Below, in pieces: positions 61,448 to 64,000 of a stretch of DNA of 64,000 nucleotides (position 1 is its first letter; each line of letters starts with the position of its first letter). The stretch covers positions 3,609 through 67,608 of the forward strand of contig JAIFLN010000019.1 in the NCBI GenBank assembly GCA_020049045.1, given 5' to 3'. The notes beneath the pieces were generated by a model that saw only the letters and a program-made list of their open reading frames with translations, was not told the DNA's origin and ran no database searches. Made by a program: the position numbers and the translations under genes. This stretch comes from Spirochaetota bacterium. Its GTDB lineage: Bacteria; Spirochaetota; Spirochaetia; JABEVK01.

Positions 61448-63330
61448 TCCGCCGTCACAGCCACCCGTGGAGGAAAACCGAGAAGTTTTCTGACTTCATC
61501 ATCGTCCAACGTTTCTTTTGAGACCAATTCATTGGCCAACTTATCAAGCTGATCCCGATGGGTTTTCAGTATTGCCCGAACGGCATCAAGCCCTTCTGCT
61601 AGAATCCGCCGAATTTCACCATCAATCGTCCTCGCAGTGTCTTCGGAATAGTCCTTGTGGGTTGCAATTTCCTTTCCCAAGAAAATCGGTTCTCCCTCAG
61701 ACCCCAAGGCCATGGGACCAATTTTCTCGCTCATGCCCCATTCGGTAACCATCCGGCGAGCTAAGGTCGTCGCCTGTTCCAGGTCATTTTGAACTCCGGT
61801 GGTCGTCTCACCGAAAACTAATTCTTCGGCAGCAAAACCGCCATAGCAGATCTTGATCCTATCAAGCAGCCAGTTCTTACCGCGGCTGTATTTATCCTCA
61901 TCCGGAAGCGAGAAAGCAACCCCTAAGGTCCTACCGCGGGGTACCACCGAAACCTTATGGAGAGGATCAGAGTCTTTAAGATGGTAGTGCAAGAGAGCAT
62001 GCCCCGCTTCATGGTATGCCGTAGCAAGTTTTTCCTTGGGCATAATGACTTTTGACCGACGAGCCAGTCCCATCAGTAGTTTGTCGCGGGCTTCTTCAAA
62101 GTCCTGCATGCCAACTTCGGATTTGCCCCGGCGTGCGGCAAACAAGGCTGCTTCGTTCACCATATTGGCCAGATCTGCTCCGGAACTTCCTGGTGTCGCC
62201 TTGGCAACACGGTTCAAGTCAACGGTGGCATCAAGTTTGGTCTTCTGAGCGTGAATTTTCAGAATGGCTTCCCGTTCTTTCACATCTGGCATGTCGACCA
62301 CAACCTGCCGGTCAAAACGTCCGGGCCTCAACAGAGCGGGGTCCAAGACATCGGCACGGTTGGTGGCGGCTATGACAATCACAGCATCCTTGGTATCAAA
62401 ACCATCCATCTCCACCAACAGCTGATTGAGAGTCTGCTCCCGCTCATCGTGACCACCACCGTAACCCGCACCACGAGTTCTTCCCACGGCGTCGATTTCG
62501 TCGATAAAAAGGATGCAAGGAGAATTCTGACGGCCCTGTTCAAAGAGATCCCGAACCCGACTGGCACCAACACCAACAAACATTTCGACGAAGTCTGAAC
62601 CCGACATATGGAAGAAATTGACCCCGGCTTCACCGGCAACGGCTTTCGCCATCAATGTCTTTCCTGTTCCAGGCATACCCACCAGAAGAACTCCCTTGGG
62701 AATTTTGGCACCGATAGCGGCAAATTTGTCGGGACTCTTGAGGAACTCCACTACTTCCTGGAGCTCATTCTTCGCCTCAATCTGACCGGCAACATCGGCA
62801 AAGGTCAGTTTTTTTCCCTTGTCGTTATATTTCTTCGCGCGGCTCTTTCCAAAACCAAAAGCCTTACCGCTGCCGCCTTGTACTTGCCGGTACATCATAT
62901 AAATGAAGATGAACCCGATTGTCCAAGGAAGAAACTGCAGGATCACCATAAGAGGACTCAGGGCTCGAGCCCCCCCTGAGATCCGAACATTCTTTTCCTT
63001 CAAGGTCTTGAGCAGATCAAGATCAACATAAGGAATCTTGGTAACAAAGGTCACCTGACTTCCTGAACGTCCTGCCAAGGTTCCTGTAATTTCAGACTGA
63101 TCCAAAATTTCAACCGAATCGATTTCACCCTTTGCCAGATACTCGAGGAAGGTAGAATAAGGAATGGACCGCCCCGTATTGAAGTCGTTTGAAAAAATGA
63201 TGGCAGCCAGAAGGCCAATCACCACCAGAAAAAGAATCAGGGCGAACCGGTTCTTTCGGAAATCAAAAGGAGGCTGGGGTGAGTTTCCCTGACCCTTATT
63301 CTCCTTGTCGTCGTCATCGTTCATATTCAC
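61444..63330 (-). CDS. ftsH: ATP-dependent zinc metalloprotease FtsH
   Basis: 628 aa; two N-terminal TM helices, AAA+ Walker A GPPGTGKT-type ([18 protein letters not shown]), SRH, HEAGHA zinc site. Confidence 0.9.
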   Translation of the reverse strand: MNMNDDDDKENKGQGNSPQPPFDFRKNRFALILFLVVIGLLAAIIFSNDFNTGRSIPYSTFLEYLAKGEIDSVEILDQSEITGTLAGRSGSQVTFVTKIPYVDLDLLKTLKEKNVRISGGARALSPLMVILQFLPWTIGFIFIYMMYRQVQGGSGKAFGFGKSRAKKYNDKGKKLTFADVAGQIEAKNELQEVVEFLKSPDKFAAIGAKIPKGVLLVGMPGTGKTLMAKAVAGEAGVNFFHMSGSDFVEMFVGVGASRVRDLFEQGRQNSPCILFIDEIDAVGRTRGAGYGGGHDEREQTLNQLLVEMDGFDTKDAVIVIAATNRADVLDPALLRPGRFDRQVVVDMPDVKEREAILKIHAQKTKLDATVDLNRVAKATPGSSGADLANMVNEAALFAARRGKSEVGMQDFEEARDKLLMGLARRSKVIMPKEKLATAYHEAGHALLHYHLKDSDPLHKVSVVPRGRTLGVAFSLPDEDKYSRGKNWLLDRIKICYGGFAAEELVFGETTTGVQNDLEQATTLARRMVTEWGMSEKIGPMALGSEGEPIFLGKEIATHKDYSEDTARTIDGEIRRILAEGLDAVRAILKTHRDQLDKLANELVSKETLDDDEVRKLLGFPPRVAVTAE

Positions 63331-64000
63331 TCCGTTTCTTTGACGTAACAGACTCTAACGTAACAAAAATTCCTGACTTGTTCAATTTTCCCGGTAAGGA
63401 TTCGGTCCAAAGTACCCGTTGTTCCAGAGGATCAATCACAGCCCGGAGAAGACCCTGCTGAAGAACCATCGCGCAACGAGTCTGGTTCACATTCCCCAAA
63501 CGCCGCTGACGTTTCTTCCGGCTCCAATTCAAGTCATCAGCCGAAGAAAAAACCATTCCCGGGGCAATCGAACGCCACACCAACACCTGTTCAGGATCGA
63601 CATTGGGTAAAGCCAATACCGCGGCATCAGCCTTCTTTTCCATTGTTTTTGACCAACACATGCGATACAGGCCCAAATCGTACCAGTTTCCCTTCTCAGC
63701 GAGAATAAAGTACTCTTTCAAAGGCAAATGGACAACTCGTTCCCAATGGACAGCAACAGCACTGCGGGACCAGGCCCATCCACCGCCCTGGACAGGAGTT
63801 TGATGCCCCTTCTGTGCGGCAATCTCCAGAAAACGGCGGCTCAGTCGTGGAGAACCTTCGACGGCGGTTGCAACAGCCAAAAGCTGGGCTTGTCGTTCAA
63901 TTTCTGACCAATGGTCCCAGTCTTTCAATAAAACGGTACCACCGGAACCACTCAGCCGCCAAAAAGATTCGGGTTTGACGAGCATTTCCGCTTGTGGCCA
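63314..64000 (-). CDS. Hypothetical protein, C-terminal portion (5' end beyond window); TilS C-terminal region is a possibility given its position upstream of ftsH
   Basis: Open reading frame continues off the window edge. It overlaps the ftsH start by 17 bp. No diagnostic motif inside the window. Confidence 0.3.
   Translation of the reverse strand, partial: WPQAEMLVKPESFWRLSGSGGTVLLKDWDHWSEIERQAQLLAVATAVEGSPRLSRRFLEIAAQKGHQTPVQGGGWAWSRSAVAVHWERVVHLPLKEYFILAEKGNWYDLGLYRMCWSKTMEKKADAAVLALPNVDPEQVLVWRSIAPGMVFSSADDLNWSRKKRQRRLGNVNQTRCAMVLQQGLLRAVIDPLEQRVLWTESLPGKLNKSGIFVTLESVTSKKRSEYER

Overview
This 64-kb window is a gene-dense, moderately GC-rich bacterial chromosomal core region of about 55 genes with very short intergenic spacers. 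I found no rRNA, tRNA, CRISPR or IS/transposon genes. The gene content (two EF-G family GTPases, a FapA/DUF342 protein, a DUF115 protein, SecA next to a lipoprotein, an LptD-like OMP) suggests a spirochete-like diderm, but that is a low-confidence inference. Recognisable housekeeping genes include map, nusB, secG, tpiA, pgk, gap, ybeZ(phoH)-ybeY-ybeX(corC), an lptD-like gene, uvrA, mutS2, rsgA, murI, zwf-opcA, a thioredoxin-like gene plus pgi, gpmA, nnr, secA, dsbD, fusA-like, rumA-like, lepA, htrA and ftsH. Genes are organised in long co-directional blocks (1-26056 minus; 41804-56484 plus; 56462-64000 minus), with many 1-4 bp start/stop overlaps that suggest large operons. The most unusual feature is a secreted caspase-like (peptidase C14) protein fused to a SUMF1/FGE-like domain, encoded between pgk and tpiA inside the otherwise conserved gap-pgk-tpiA-secG glycolytic cluster, with a 212-bp structured palindromic spacer upstream of it. 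Other observations worth a second look are a zwf-opcA pair, a WCGDC thioredoxin overlapping pgi by 4 nt, a murI 3' end overlapping rsgA by about 115 bp, an LptD-like gene carrying G8 and A8 homopolymer tracts, and a plus-strand block of poorly characterised envelope genes (beta-propeller/HEAT secreted protein, degenerate GHKL-like protein, PpiD-like chaperone, DUF115). All functional calls rest on motif recognition by eye, since no database search was possible.
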